Below are positions 27,164 through 38,660 of a DNA stretch of 64,000 bases, one piece after another (position 1 is the stretch's first letter; every line of letters begins with the position of its first letter). Position numbers and translations under genes: made by a program. The stretch lies in assembly GCA_963693365.1 (NCBI GenBank), contig CAVNZM010000003.1, forward strand, positions 12,125,651 through 12,189,650, written 5' to 3'. The notes beneath the pieces are model-generated. The model did no database searches, was not told where the DNA came from, and saw nothing but the letters and a program-made list of their open reading frames with translations. This DNA comes from Amoebidium appalachense. Lineage: Eukaryota; Protista; Ichthyosporea.

Positions 27164-27748
27164 AGGAATAGCTTGGAATGTTTATCTTTGCATTCCTATC
27201 TTAGACGGCGTCCGTGCCCTAGCAGGGCGTGTTCACACGGGTTTATCGTGAGGAATTAACAATAACTGATCATGCGTCTAGCAAACATGTGTATGTAGAA
27301 TTCAGTGTTATATATTCATGCCACTTAAAATGTTCATAATGAACGTCTGGAGGGCGAGCTTCCTACTCGACTTTTGGAGACCATGTGGGACTGCGGGACC
27401 CGCCAGCCCAGATCACTGTTGATCTGTGGATCAACACAAATATAATCGTATATGGTTAATATCTGTTTAGCTTCTACGTTCATTGGCTTATTATCACGCA
27501 GAGTTCATGTCGGAAATCTATTGTGATCAGTTCCAGCCGCCCTCAGAGTCATCATATAAGCCCTCGCGAGCATCTACAACCTTCTCCAGTCTACAATTTC
27601 TCTTTGCACGAAGGCAGCACCAGAGAATATTAACTAGCCTGCAAGTATAGGTATCGGCAATATAAAAACGTAATGCTAACGTAACTGCTATTGCAACAAA
27701 ATGTGCACATCAAACACAACACAAAACTCGTGCTCTTTTGGCACACAG

Positions 27749-29256
27749 CAGTGCCCGTACGGCCACCATGAAATCCCGTTGTGTGTATTTGTACGCGAGG
27801 TGTTGCGACGCGCAGAGGTGACGAAATCCGTGTTTCTTGTTAGTCTTATCTATTCATACCGAGTAAATGCAGCTATCCATGCTGGGGCACACAAGGACTA
27901 CCCCAAGCTGCAGTGCCCGAGGTGTTTGTTTGTGGGCTGCTGTCTGCTGGCGTCTAAATATCTGGACGACGAGGTGTTCTTGAACTCACAGGTGTGTATT
28001 TTTGCAGTTGTTTGTCCCAAGGAAAAAGGAGTGACATATTGTTGCGTGTTTTTGTGTGGGTTGATGCAATCATTTGCTTGCCCAGAATTTGCCTACATTA
28101 GTACTACAAACTACTCAAAGGGAAAACGAATGACGAGTAGAACTCGGTGTTATCCAAGCTTAAACCGTTTTCTTACATTCATACTAACATGGGAATGAGG
28201 AATTTCTCTTGTGACCCATACACATCCTTCACACATTTACACACACACACATACTCCCAATCTGCTTGGCTCTAATCAAAGGAAACATTTCGGACACAGA
28301 AACTAGAATTTTATTCACCCCACACTGCCCCTTCCCCCCTCGTGTCTTGGACGGTATAAAATCAATAGATGATCCTTTTTACTGCCTTCAAAGGTCATGG
28401 GTATACATAGTGCTTTAAGCCACAGCAGTCTAGTTTCCCAATGGTTCCAACACACGTATTAAACACGGATATTACTCAGCACTATGGCGCGATGCCTAAA
28501 TTTGTTTCTCGCTCGTTATTGCTGATTGAACCTCATGAAAACCCTAACAAAATTGATTAGACAAGTTACTAGACCACTCTTGATACCTATTTCATCCAAA
28601 GGGTACGCAAATACTTTAACAACACTTTATCTAACCCCGTACCTCTTTATTCACCACAGTGGGCCGCATGGGCAGGCATGCCATGTAGCGACATCAACCG
28701 TCTCGAGCTGACCACCCTTCAGGCTCTCGAACACAACCTCTACATCGAACCGGCCCTGTTCCAGCGCTGGGCACTCATGTACACGTCACGTGTGCGCACC
28801 CCAGACCATGACGTCACCATAGCCCAGCAATTGGTCACGGTTGTCCTGGGCAACTGCCAGCTTTTTGCACGTGCAAACGCGATGGAGGCACCTCTTAGGC
28901 TTTCACAACCAACACCCAAGCCGGCTCAGCCACAACCACTGAGCTTGGAGCACCTACGCGCACCCACGTACTCTTTGAGCGTGGACGTTGTCGTGCACAC
29001 GGCAAACGGTATAGCGAGACGCCGGCCCCACGCATCGAAAATCATGCGGAGGAATTGTGCCGCATCAGCGAGTGTCGGTGCCGCTGGCCAATCAGCGAAC
29101 AGCGTTAGGGGACATATGTACCATCCGTATGCTAACAAGATACACGGGCAGGCAGCCGGGGCACCAAGGAGGGGGTCTGGGGCAGGAGGTGCGATGGGTG
29201 AAGCTACGTTGGATGTGACTGGGCATGTGGGCCAGGCACTATTGACTACGGCTTGA
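27749..29256 (+). CDS. PHO80/PCL (P/U-type, CNPPD1-like) cyclin; 5' exon(s) uncertain
   Basis: Exon 27749-27991 (FVREVLRRAEVTKSVFLVSLIYSYRV...CLFVGCCLLASKYLDDEVFLNSQ) splices in phase 0 to exon 28660-29256 (WAAWAGMPCSDINRLELTTLQALEHNLYI), the typical PHO80-like cyclin box. A possible upstream exon lies at ~27503-27644. Confidence 0.88.
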
Positions 29257-29794
29257 ATATAAACGTGTTGTCCGTCATGCTGAAAGAATATCAAAAGACT
29301 GAATTGAATTTGAACCGTGTTTGGTATGTATCAACTCGACGTATGTTCCACAGTTTTACTGCTGTGCGATTTGTAGACTTCTTGTTCTTGTACCATGAAT
29401 GTATGCAAGTGAAGCGTGCTCTAAACAACCGGTTCTGATGATTGGTTTTTTTTGTCTGCCTGTTGAACAATCGTACTTCTCTATACCAAAATATTCATAC
29501 AGCTGTCGGTATTCAGCCTAGAAAATGTGGGCTGTCGAAATTCATTTGCGTGAAAATCTTTGTGTTGAATACTATTGGTGGCTGCCAGTGTATGATATTT
29601 ACTACGGGGGATTTGGTTGGTGAATAGCCTAATGATGAGTGGAATGAACGACCTACCACATATGCCACAAATATGGACCGTGAGGTACTTCAATTGTAAC
29701 AGTGAAACTTCTTATATAATATGGACAGACCACACAAACTCATAACTTTGTGCTAACTATTGCGCTTTGTTAGCACAGTTTGAATACATCTGTT

Positions 29795-29857
<63 letters not shown>

Positions 29858-30637
29858 CCGGCACTAGGCCATATGCTACATCTTTCTGTGCAGTGACAAC
29901 TACTCCCACGTTCAGGAGGCTGATTCTAATATGGGCCTAATTTAATACCATTACAAATATACTGTTTGAAAAATAATAATGGCAAACACGAGGTGCACAT
30001 GCTTCAACCACTGCTCAACATTTGCGACCCCCCCTCCCGCGACACCACTACCACGGTGACCATGCCTTAAAGGGGGTTTCTTTTAGGCCGGTTAACTGTC
30101 CCCATTCCAGCACATCCGGGTCAAGCCATTTGCTTAGCATATAAATCATGATATAAAAACTGCAGCCATCTTCCCAACGCTTTGTTATTAATCTTCCCTT
30201 CTTGGTTTCTTCAAAATTTTCCTCCTTTTTTTCTTATTTTTTTGTTGTATTATGGCGCATCTGTACCTTGCTGCCAGCATATAACTAGAATCGCCTCTGG
30301 CCCGACCCGGCCCGAAAGTCTGAAAGAAACCCCCCTTTTTATGCCACGGTTTTACAACGCGTGACAGAACTGCCCAATCGTGCCCAGGTCACTGATAATT
30401 CTCTTCAACTTGGTCGAAACCCATGGACCCAGACGGGGAGTTTCTTTTTTTCAGTAGTAAGGCAACCTTTTCTAAGACCACATGCTCTGAAAGATTGCTG
30501 AGATAAGCTAACTGCCAGTTTTTTTTTTTTTTTTTTTTTTTTTGGGTGGGTGGGTGTTGGAAGTAGAGTCCGCTGTGACTAGGGTCGTCGTGGCGCGCTT
30601 GGGCGCTGACCCGTTTCTTTACTGTTTTCAGTGTGTT

Positions 30638-30724
30638 AACTCCATGACTGAACTCCATGACTGAACTCCATGACTGAACTCCATGACTGAACTCCATGAC
30701 TGAACTCCATGACTGAACTCCATG
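30638..30724. repeat. 13-bp minisatellite, ~6.7 copies
   Basis: (AACTCCATGACTG)n, perfect. Confidence 0.95.
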
Positions 30725-30905
30725 TCTGCACCTGGCAGAGACGTGGCTTATATACCCGTGGGGCAGCAGTCTGGAATGTAATCCGGATGCCAGGCGCTAA
30801 TCGGATTGGTTACTTTCATTTAGAGATCTCTGGGACCAGTGAACCAATCGTTTGCAGTCAAAACACAATTGGCAACATTCCTCAACTATGCAGATGTGCA
30901 TGTGG

Positions 30906-30994
30906 TGATCGAGTGTCAGCGTGTGTCTGTGTACACGGAACCAATTGTAATGATCGAGTGTCAGCGTGTGTCTGTGTACACGGAACCAATTGTA
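30906..30994. repeat. 45-bp tandem duplication
   Basis: TGATCGAGTGTCAGCGTGTGTCTGTGTACACGGAACCAATTGTA x2. Confidence 0.9.
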
Positions 30995-31433
30995 GAGCTA
31001 ACATACACACATTGTGGAGTGAGCGTAAGTCTGCACTCCAACAGTGGGTGGGTGGGTTGGGGGAGGGGGGGGGGGGGGGGGAGGGGGGGGGGGGGGGGGG
31101 GGGGTACGTAGGAGCAAGCAAGCACGACTCCGAGGTGCAAAGTGAAAGGCTCGGGCAGTTAAAAAATCACACAAAATTGGGGCAGAGATGGAACCCTATG
31201 GGCCGAAGCCCCCAGCCACCGCGTAGGGGGGCGAGGGTGGGTGGGTGGGTGTGGGTGTGTATGGATGGGTGGGTGGGTGGGTGGGTGGGGGGGGGGGGGG
31301 GGGGGGGGGAGGGGGAGGGGGGGGGGGGGGGGGAGGGGGGGCACCCACCGATTGAGCAGCTGGGTCCTCCCCCTCTGAGAGAAGGGGGAGCCGCCGGGGT
31401 GACATTTGAGGAGCGACTTCAAATAACTTTAAA

Positions 31434-31466
<33 letters not shown>

Positions 31467-32403
31467 GTTTTTCAAATTCAAAAAAACTCCCCCCGAAGTT
31501 TAGGCTTTTTATTCGAGGCACAGACTGCCAGTCTGAGGTACGAGGGGAATTTTGGATGGTATATCCCCTCGATCAGCGTTAATTTATCAAGTATACCAGG
31601 CGGGTGGCACGTCCTTTCAAATTGGCAATGTCCTAGTATAGATCATTACTGAAAGGGTTGCTTCTGCTATGGCCTATTGAATACCATGCACTGAGCCTAA
31701 ACGAAGAAGAATGATATAAGCAGTATACGTTTTTATGTCATGTACCAGGGTGATTTTAGCCGAAAGTGGCAAAATCTCGGTACTAGTCTGCCAGCATATA
31801 TACACCGCAAGTCCTTATTACAACTTATTAGAACTATTTCCGAACGGGCCGCACCACCACAGATATTGCGTCGGTGCCCGGCACCAACGTCTTGCAGGTA
31901 CTGTAGCGACTGCAGTTCATCTTCTCGTAAGTCACGTACTGGCACTTGGGCAGCTCCAAGTACCTTTCAACACATAGGCTCTCAGCCCAGTGTTTGGTGG
32001 CATTAATGCATTGTGGATTAAACCAGATTTCCCGCACCTTCCGCCGATGACTGGCTCTGCAGGGATGATCCCGATTAGTAGTTAAATAGTGTGATCACTG
32101 CAAGTAAAGATTTTAGGGGGTTGTGTGTATGTGGTGAATGGTGGTGGTGGTGGTAGCCGGCAGCAGTTGGGGGTAGGGGGCATGAGGAGGGCGCCCGGGG
32201 GGGGGGGGAGGAGGGGGGGGGGGGGGGGGGTACAAAATACAAAAACATGACCTATTTATTTATTTTGGTTAGGCTACCAATTTGACTGTGACAGAAAATC
32301 CCAGGACAAGGTGTGTAGAGGTGACCCACAGATGAGGAACCAAAATTAGAATGTGTGTGTTTACAACAGAGGGTGTGGCCCCCGGGGATGGGCCGGAAGA
32401 AAG

Positions 32404-32453
<50 letters not shown>

Positions 32454-32607
32454 GAGAGGGGAAGGAGGGAAAGGGGGTGTTAGGATCATCCTCTCTCACT
32501 CCCTCCCCCCACCCCACCCAATACACCCAACCCCTCCCCTCCCCCGGCACCCCCCTTCCTCGCTCGATTTCAACTTGAATGTGTTGTTTTCATGTGTATT
32601 CATACAC

Positions 32608-35371
32608 TGATATATTTGGTAAATACTCATTTTATCCACCAATCGGAAGAAGATGGTGTGATGATCGGCATCACACATCTCTTCCTGTAGAAGCGACTAT
32701 AAAAGTCGTGTTTTTCGCTTCTCTCAAACAGTCTTTTCCTCGCCGCTTCTCTTAGGAGAAGCGCGCGTTAGTGAGGCCGGTCTAGTGACCAAGACCAAAG
32801 CTTTTGAGCGCAGTGAGCGCTATAGTCAGTCGTGTAGGTCCCTAGACTTTAGCTATAATAATAGGCCCAGGAACCGCAGATCATTGAGACCGGATGCGCT
32901 CATGAGTTTTTGCAAAACCCAAGTGGGGTTGTGTTTTGGGGTTGTTTGTGTAGCTATAAGCACCTAGGCACGTCTGGCAACGTTAGCCCGTGTGGGCTGC
33001 TCGCGTGAGCATGTACAGCAGCAACGTGTGCTGCTCTCTAGTCCTAGTGTGGGCCCCGGCAGCAGTGGTCTGTGCGGGGGCGGCCGGTTATGTGTGCTCC
33101 CAGTAAGCCAGTGGGCGGGGTAGCACCTGCACCGCTCTATCAACGGGTGTGTGCGTGCCACGACGAGTGGGCGCGCGGTGGAGCAGCCAAGGACGTGCTC
33201 TTCTGGATTAAGTATGGCATCACACCCGAATGGTGCGCTGGGCCGCCACCTCCCCACGACATGGGGAGGTACCTAGACTTGGGCGAAGTTTCGGAGGAGG
33301 AGGCGTTGGTGGAAGTTGCGCGTTTAGTGGGTAAGGGCGCACTTGAACCCATCGACGAGTCCAGGAAGCATTGCGTGTCGACCACGTTTGGGGTGCGGAA
33401 ACCAAACGGTAAAATGCGGCTTATAATCGACATGCGCCCAGTGAATGAGTATGCCGTACAGCGGGGCCTCAAGTACGAGACGCTCAGTGACCTGCAGGTC
33501 ATTGCTCAGCCAGGTGACCACGGCTTCAGTTTCGATCTGGAGGACGGCTACTTTGCGCTGGCAATTGCGCCACGGTGGCGTAAATATTTTCAGATTCGGG
33601 TTGGCGGCCAGCTGTATCAGTACACTGTGCTGCCTTTCGGCTATTCCCTCAGCCCATACTACTTCACGCGGCTCATGAAGGAGTTCGGTCGGCGTCTTCA
33701 CCGGCGCGGTGTGCGCACGTTAGCGTTCTTGGACGACTGGTTGGTCGTCGAACGGCCGCTAAAGGCGCTGCAAACTCGCGGTGTTGTTGAGGGGGAGCTC
33801 GAGGCAACAGGCCTGAGCCGAAATACGGAGAAGGGCCAGTGGGAGCCCACCGACCACCTCGACCATCTAGGCATCCATGTCGACCTTGCCGCGGGTGTGT
33901 TGGCCCCTACCGCCACCTCTATGGAAAAGCTGGTGGAGGAGACCAAGCGGGTGATGGCCAAGGCTCGCAAGGGCAAGCGATGGGTGGAAAAGAAGCAAGT
34001 CGCCCGGTGGTTGGGGGTGGTGATGAGTCTGCGGGCTGCCACTCCCCACGTGCTGACGTTGGTGCGGCCAGTGTATGCCGCCCTACGCGGGGGAAATTGG
34101 CGCAGTTTCGTTCGGCTTTCGGGGCGTCAGTTACGGATTATCGGTCGGACGCCCCAGTTCATTGGCCGGTTGCCTCGGGCGGAGATATGGCCCAACCCGG
34201 TCACGGCTACGCTCATCACGGATGCCGCCACCACACACGGCTGGGGGGCCGTGCTTCAAGTGGCGGGATCCCCTGCCCCTGCGCTTGAGGCGGCGGGCCG
34301 GTGGGCAGCCGACGACGCTCCGCGGGCGGCGGCGATTGCGGAGTGTGAGGGCCTGTTGGAGGCCTATCAGAGCCCTGCCCTGCAGGAAGCCCTCCGTGGG
34401 CAGCGGGTGCAGTGGCAAGCCGATGCCCAGGCGGCCCTTGGGGCCGTGCGGAAAAAGGGCAGCGGCAGCCCCTCGATGCAGCGCATTCTGTGGCAGCTTC
34501 TGCAGTTGTGCCTCGGCCACGGGTTGCCTTGGCCACAGGAGGTGGCCTACATCCCGGGTGAGCTCAACGACCGAGCAGATTGGCTGTCGCGGGTGGACCC
34601 CCGGCATGAATGGCAAGTCACGCCGGAGGCAGTCGAGCGGGTGGAGTGGCTGCTGGGCATGCAGCCCGAAGTCGATCGGTTTGCCACCCACACCTCGGCA
34701 GTGAAGGCCGAGTATAATGTGTGGGCCCAGGCAGGGGCCCCCGGTGGGATGGCAGACGGGTTGGCGGTGCCGTGGACGGCACCAAGCTGGTGGGCGCCTC
34801 CGTTCCCGCTGATCAAGCGAACGGTGGCCAAGCTGCAGCGGGAAGGTGCAGCGGGCATCCTCGTCGTTCCAGTGTGGGATACGGCGTCGTGGTGGCCCGT
34901 TATTCAGGGGTTGGCTTCGGCAAGTGTGCCTCTGCGCCCCTCTGAGGTGATTTTCCCGCGCGGGGTGCGGCCGTGGCGTATGCAAGCATTTCGTCTGGAC
35001 CGCACCCCGGTTCCTGGGCAGGCTGAGGGGCCCCAGCCAGCCAGCGTAATTGTATAATAGTGTGTGTTAGCCGGCTGGGTCCTAGTGTGGACGTAGATAG
35101 CAGTTTGGTGTCTAAAATGATATATTTGGTAAATACTCATTTTATCCACCAATCGGAAGAAGATGGTGTGATGATCGGCATCACACATCTCTTCCCGTAG
35201 AAGCGACTATAAAAGTCGTGTTTTTCGCTTCTCTGAAACAGTCTTTTCCTCGCCGCTTCTCTTAGGACCCACCCACCCGCCCGCATTCTGTTTCCTCGCC
35301 GTTTGCCTGCTGTTCTCAGCTTTATGGATCAGGGCTGAAAGTGCTAGGTTGAGGACCGTAGTAGTGCTTGG

Positions 35372-35419
<48 letters not shown>

Positions 35420-35606
35420 TGATTTCTGTTTTCGGGCCCGGGGGCCTTATCTGTATTGATCTCGTGTGTATGGCCCCAGGGCCGGGAGTCAGTACATGTG
35501 ATTTATTTGCGGCCCAGTGGGGGCCTGCGGGGACGGCAGCCGGGTGCTGCCTCTCATCATCAGACCGGCCATAAAGCAATCGAAAAGCAGTTTGGTGTCT
35601 AAAATG
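32608..35606 (+). mobile_element. DIRS/PAT-like retrotransposon with split direct repeats (A1-ORF-B1A2-spacer-B2), lacking gag and tyrosine recombinase
   Basis: A1 32608-32757 matches A2 35118-35267 (150 bp, 2 mismatches); B1 35099-35119 matches B2 35586-35606 (21 bp). The internal B1A2 junction reproduces the end-to-end circle junction with a shared TG. There is no TSD, and removing the element restores the host reading frame. Confidence 0.88.
33090..35057 (+). CDS. DIRS-type polyprotein: reverse transcriptase - RNase H - Dam-like (MT) methyltransferase domain
   Basis: Intact ORF (open from 33072, first ATG at 33090). RT motifs RLIIDMR, FDLEDGYF, YTVLPFGYSLSP, AFLDDW and HLGIHVD. DIRS RNase H motifs LITDAATTHGWGA and YIPGELNDRADWLSR. 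MT motifs VDRFA, WWAPPFPLI and LVVPVWDTASWWP. Confidence 0.93.
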   Translation: MCAPSKPVGGVAPAPLYQRVCACHDEWARGGAAKDVLFWIKYGITPEWCAGPPPPHDMGRYLDLGEVSEEEALVEVARLVGKGALEPIDESRKHCVSTTFGVRKPNGKMRLIIDMRPVNEYAVQRGLKYETLSDLQVIAQPGDHGFSFDLEDGYFALAIAPRWRKYFQIRVGGQLYQYTVLPFGYSLSPYYFTRLMKEFGRRLHRRGVRTLAFLDDWLVVERPLKALQTRGVVEGELEATGLSRNTEKGQWEPTDHLDHLGIHVDLAAGVLAPTATSMEKLVEETKRVMAKARKGKRWVEKKQVARWLGVVMSLRAATPHVLTLVRPVYAALRGGNWRSFVRLSGRQLRIIGRTPQFIGRLPRAEIWPNPVTATLITDAATTHGWGAVLQVAGSPAPALEAAGRWAADDAPRAAAIAECEGLLEAYQSPALQEALRGQRVQWQADAQAALGAVRKKGSGSPSMQRILWQLLQLCLGHGLPWPQEVAYIPGELNDRADWLSRVDPRHEWQVTPEAVERVEWLLGMQPEVDRFATHTSAVKAEYNVWAQAGAPGGMADGLAVPWTAPSWWAPPFPLIKRTVAKLQREGAAGILVVPVWDTASWWPVIQGLASASVPLRPSEVIFPRGVRPWRMQAFRLDRTPVPGQAEGPQPASVIV

Positions 35607-35688
35607 TTTAGGGGGCGACGTACTTATAAGAGAATAGAATTGAGTGTATGCGCTCACACCCCATTCCAGGCAATGGTTCGTAATCAGG

Positions 35689-36257
35689 TTTTTTATTTTA
35701 TCCCGTTTCACTCCCGGCGAGGCACTGCCTCAGGGGAGCTACCGTCTTCCGCCTAGACACAGATCGTACTGAATAGCACACTCATAAGTCAGGATTCTAA
35801 TTGACCCCAACTGGCACTATTTTTAGTTACGCCTTATTCCACGGTTCTAGCCGCAGCAACTCTAGTGGGGAAGTGAGCACTTTAACAACACCAGCCGGGA
35901 GCGACCCGGGACACATACACAAACATAAAGACTTGAAAGGGAAGACTTCATGCCCAGGACGCTGACCCGAACCGTGGCCAGTGACTCGGATTGGTCTCCC
36001 ACTTGAACGTTGGGCCGGGATGCCCAAGCGGCGCGCCGTCGACGTCAGAGGGCCGGTGCTGTTCATGACGTCATGTCTTGCGGCCGGATGATAACAAATT
36101 GGTGGTGCTGCTTGACGTGCTCTGGGGTGATGGCTTCTAGGGGGCGGCCAGACCGGTGGACCGTGGAGGCAGAACAAAAAACGGAAGTAACCAGGATCAA
36201 TCCTGCGACTTTGAGCTTGACACGCAGAGATCTTACCATTGCACCAACCCGCCCCCC
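35689..36257 (-). mobile_element. tRNA-derived SINE (569 bp) with 14-bp TSD
   Basis: TSD GGTTCGTAATCAGG at 35675-35688 and 36258-36271. The 5' head GGGGGGCGGGTTGGTGCAATGGTAAG..GTC..GCAGGATTGATCCTG has an A-box and a degenerate B-box (Asp-like). The 3' tail is A-rich (ATAAAATAAAAAA). Confidence 0.85.
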
Positions 36258-36490
36258 GGTTCGTAATCAGGCACGTCTTCCAATTGGGTTGTAGATCGCA
36301 AATTGACATTCAGGATGCCGCGCACACTCCGTGATGCAGGCAGACGAATTTGGGGACATGAAAGACATTTTCCAGGTTCCATAAATAGCCTATGGCCCTG
36401 CAGGTATAACCCACCGGAAGTGTCATTGCTGCTGTTTCGGCACCTTTTTTTTTTTTTTTTTTTTTTGGGGGGGGGGGGGGGGGTTGTGGA

Positions 36491-36600
<110 letters not shown>

Positions 36601-38616
36601 GGCGCAGGAATAGGTTAGAATGTGACGGTGTGTGTGTTCCAATAAGGGGGGTGGGGGGTGGAGCCCGATCCGAGGAGGTATAGAAATTCTATGTGTGTGG
36701 GGGGGTAGGGGCGGACGGCCGGGCAGGCAGGCAGGGGGGGGGGGGGGGGGGGAAGGTGGGGGAGGTGTTGGAGGTAAAAGGCTCGGCAATTCGAGTCGGG
36801 TTAGGTGGAACAACCGTCTGAGAGGCAGAGAATTTCAGAATTTTAAGTGTTATAACAAAAGGCATGCAGCTATGTACTGCACAGCGGACAAGATAACAAC
36901 CATGTGGTTTACTCCATTGTTCAAACTTCGATATATGATACCGTTAGCAGCTAATCGTCACATAGATTTATGGCCACGGATTATTACATGATGTATCATA
37001 TGAGCAAACGTCATGTGAGAGGAGGAGGACACGTTCGGAGGAGGGTGGGAGAGGGTTGAGGGAGGGGAGATAGGGAGGGGGGGGGGGGGGGGGGGTTGTT
37101 GTTGTTGCTTACTTGCCGTGAAGCTTTCACAATTTGTTTTTGTGGCGTTGAGTGTTGTACCAGACGGGCACACGCAGCTAAAAGAATTAGGAGTGTTGGT
37201 GCATACGGTTCCAGAAGCTTTGGCACAGATTTTACCGTTGACGAGGCATTCGTTGATGCCCTCTGTTTTATTTATTTTGTTTTACGTTTGTGCATGTGTG
37301 TTTGTATGCGTGTGCACATGATATACACGTTCACATTTATATGTACACGGCGCTGAGTGCGCCTGCGTGTGTGTCATTGTGTGCTTTTGTGGATTGGGGG
37401 GGGGGGGGGGGGGGGGAGGGGAGGGGGCGGGGGGAGGGAGGAGGTGAGCGCCTTGGCAGTGCTGGCTCACACGTAGCAGCTGGGTATTAACTTAACCAGG
37501 GAGTAGGAGCTTTTAGATTAGTACACGTGCAAATGGGTGCACGGTAGGAATAATGTTTGTTTTGATTAACATATCGTACGGTCCACTAGCCATAATGATG
37601 GTGGGCATAACTATCGCAGCTACCAAATCTTAGGGCAACAGGGGGTCATGCGTGTAACAGTTGTGCCAGTACAATACTATGGTGTGAACCTCACGGCACC
37701 CGAGTGACGCGAATGACCCTCAGGCACACACGACAAGGCTGAAGGGACACGATTTTCATAATGGTGTTCCGCATGTACATGTCACCTCTGATATTCAGCC
37801 AATTGCAAAACAACTACACATGAGAACAGCAATGATGTGGTACCCACCGCAGTTGAACTTCTTGTTGGCGTCAGGCTGTTTGCTCAGGTTGTAACCAGGC
37901 GGGCACACGCAGCTGTACTTCGTGCCGCCAACATCATGCAGGCAGTGAGGTACCCACACGAAACTGTGCACCAGTCTGATGATTTGTTGTGTAATAGTTA
38001 GTTATGGACACTCGTGAAATCCTTGGACACAAACTGAGAATGCTGCTGAGTTCACTTTATCATGTTACCTTAAGTTTAGCATGTTGTTGAACCTGCCACT
38101 GATAGTGTAGTTCATGTTTTGTATCGGTTAGCGAATAGAGGGTAAAGTTAAACTTCCAAATGATTACATACATCGAGCCAAGATCCCGATTCTGACAGTG
38201 TAAACATTTGCAAACCCAAAATTTATCGGCGCATATGTGTCAGCCAAGTCAATAACCACGGCATACGTTGTCAACATGAAGCCTCGGCAGCAAAGTCCTC
38301 TACAGACAAGGTGCTAGCCCCCAGTCAAAGTATTAAGCCATGCCCATAACTCTTGAGTGATCATGAGCCTCTTTCCCCTCCCTCCTCTCGCTCCCCCCCC
38401 CCCCCCCCCCCCCCCCCCCAACCCCCCTCTCCCCCAGGACCAAGTGCTTACCCCCACAAGATCTGTGGTCTTCCAGCAAAAACAGGGAACTGTTTGAACA
38501 CTTGCACGTGAAACTGCCAACTGTGTTTACACAGAGAGCGCTGTTCCTTGGAAGTGTACTGCACGTATGTGTCCTCGAGGTGCATTCGTTGGCCTCTCTC
38601 TCTGTGTGTGTGTGTT

Positions 38617-38660
<44 letters not shown>

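Noticed and set aside
30638-30724. Regular short repeat resembling a CRISPR array
   Set aside because: Perfect 13-bp tandem units with no spacers, eukaryotic context and no cas genes.
34075-34985. Overlapping ORFs (209 aa on +, 284 aa on -) as a candidate tyrosine recombinase
   Set aside because: They are Arg/Pro/Gly-rich shadow frames of GC-rich coding DNA with no recognisable R..HxxR..Y catalytic pattern.
36183-36257. Functional tRNA-Asp gene
   Set aside because: The anticodon and acceptor stems are broken and the B-box is degenerate; it lies inside a TSD-bounded SINE.
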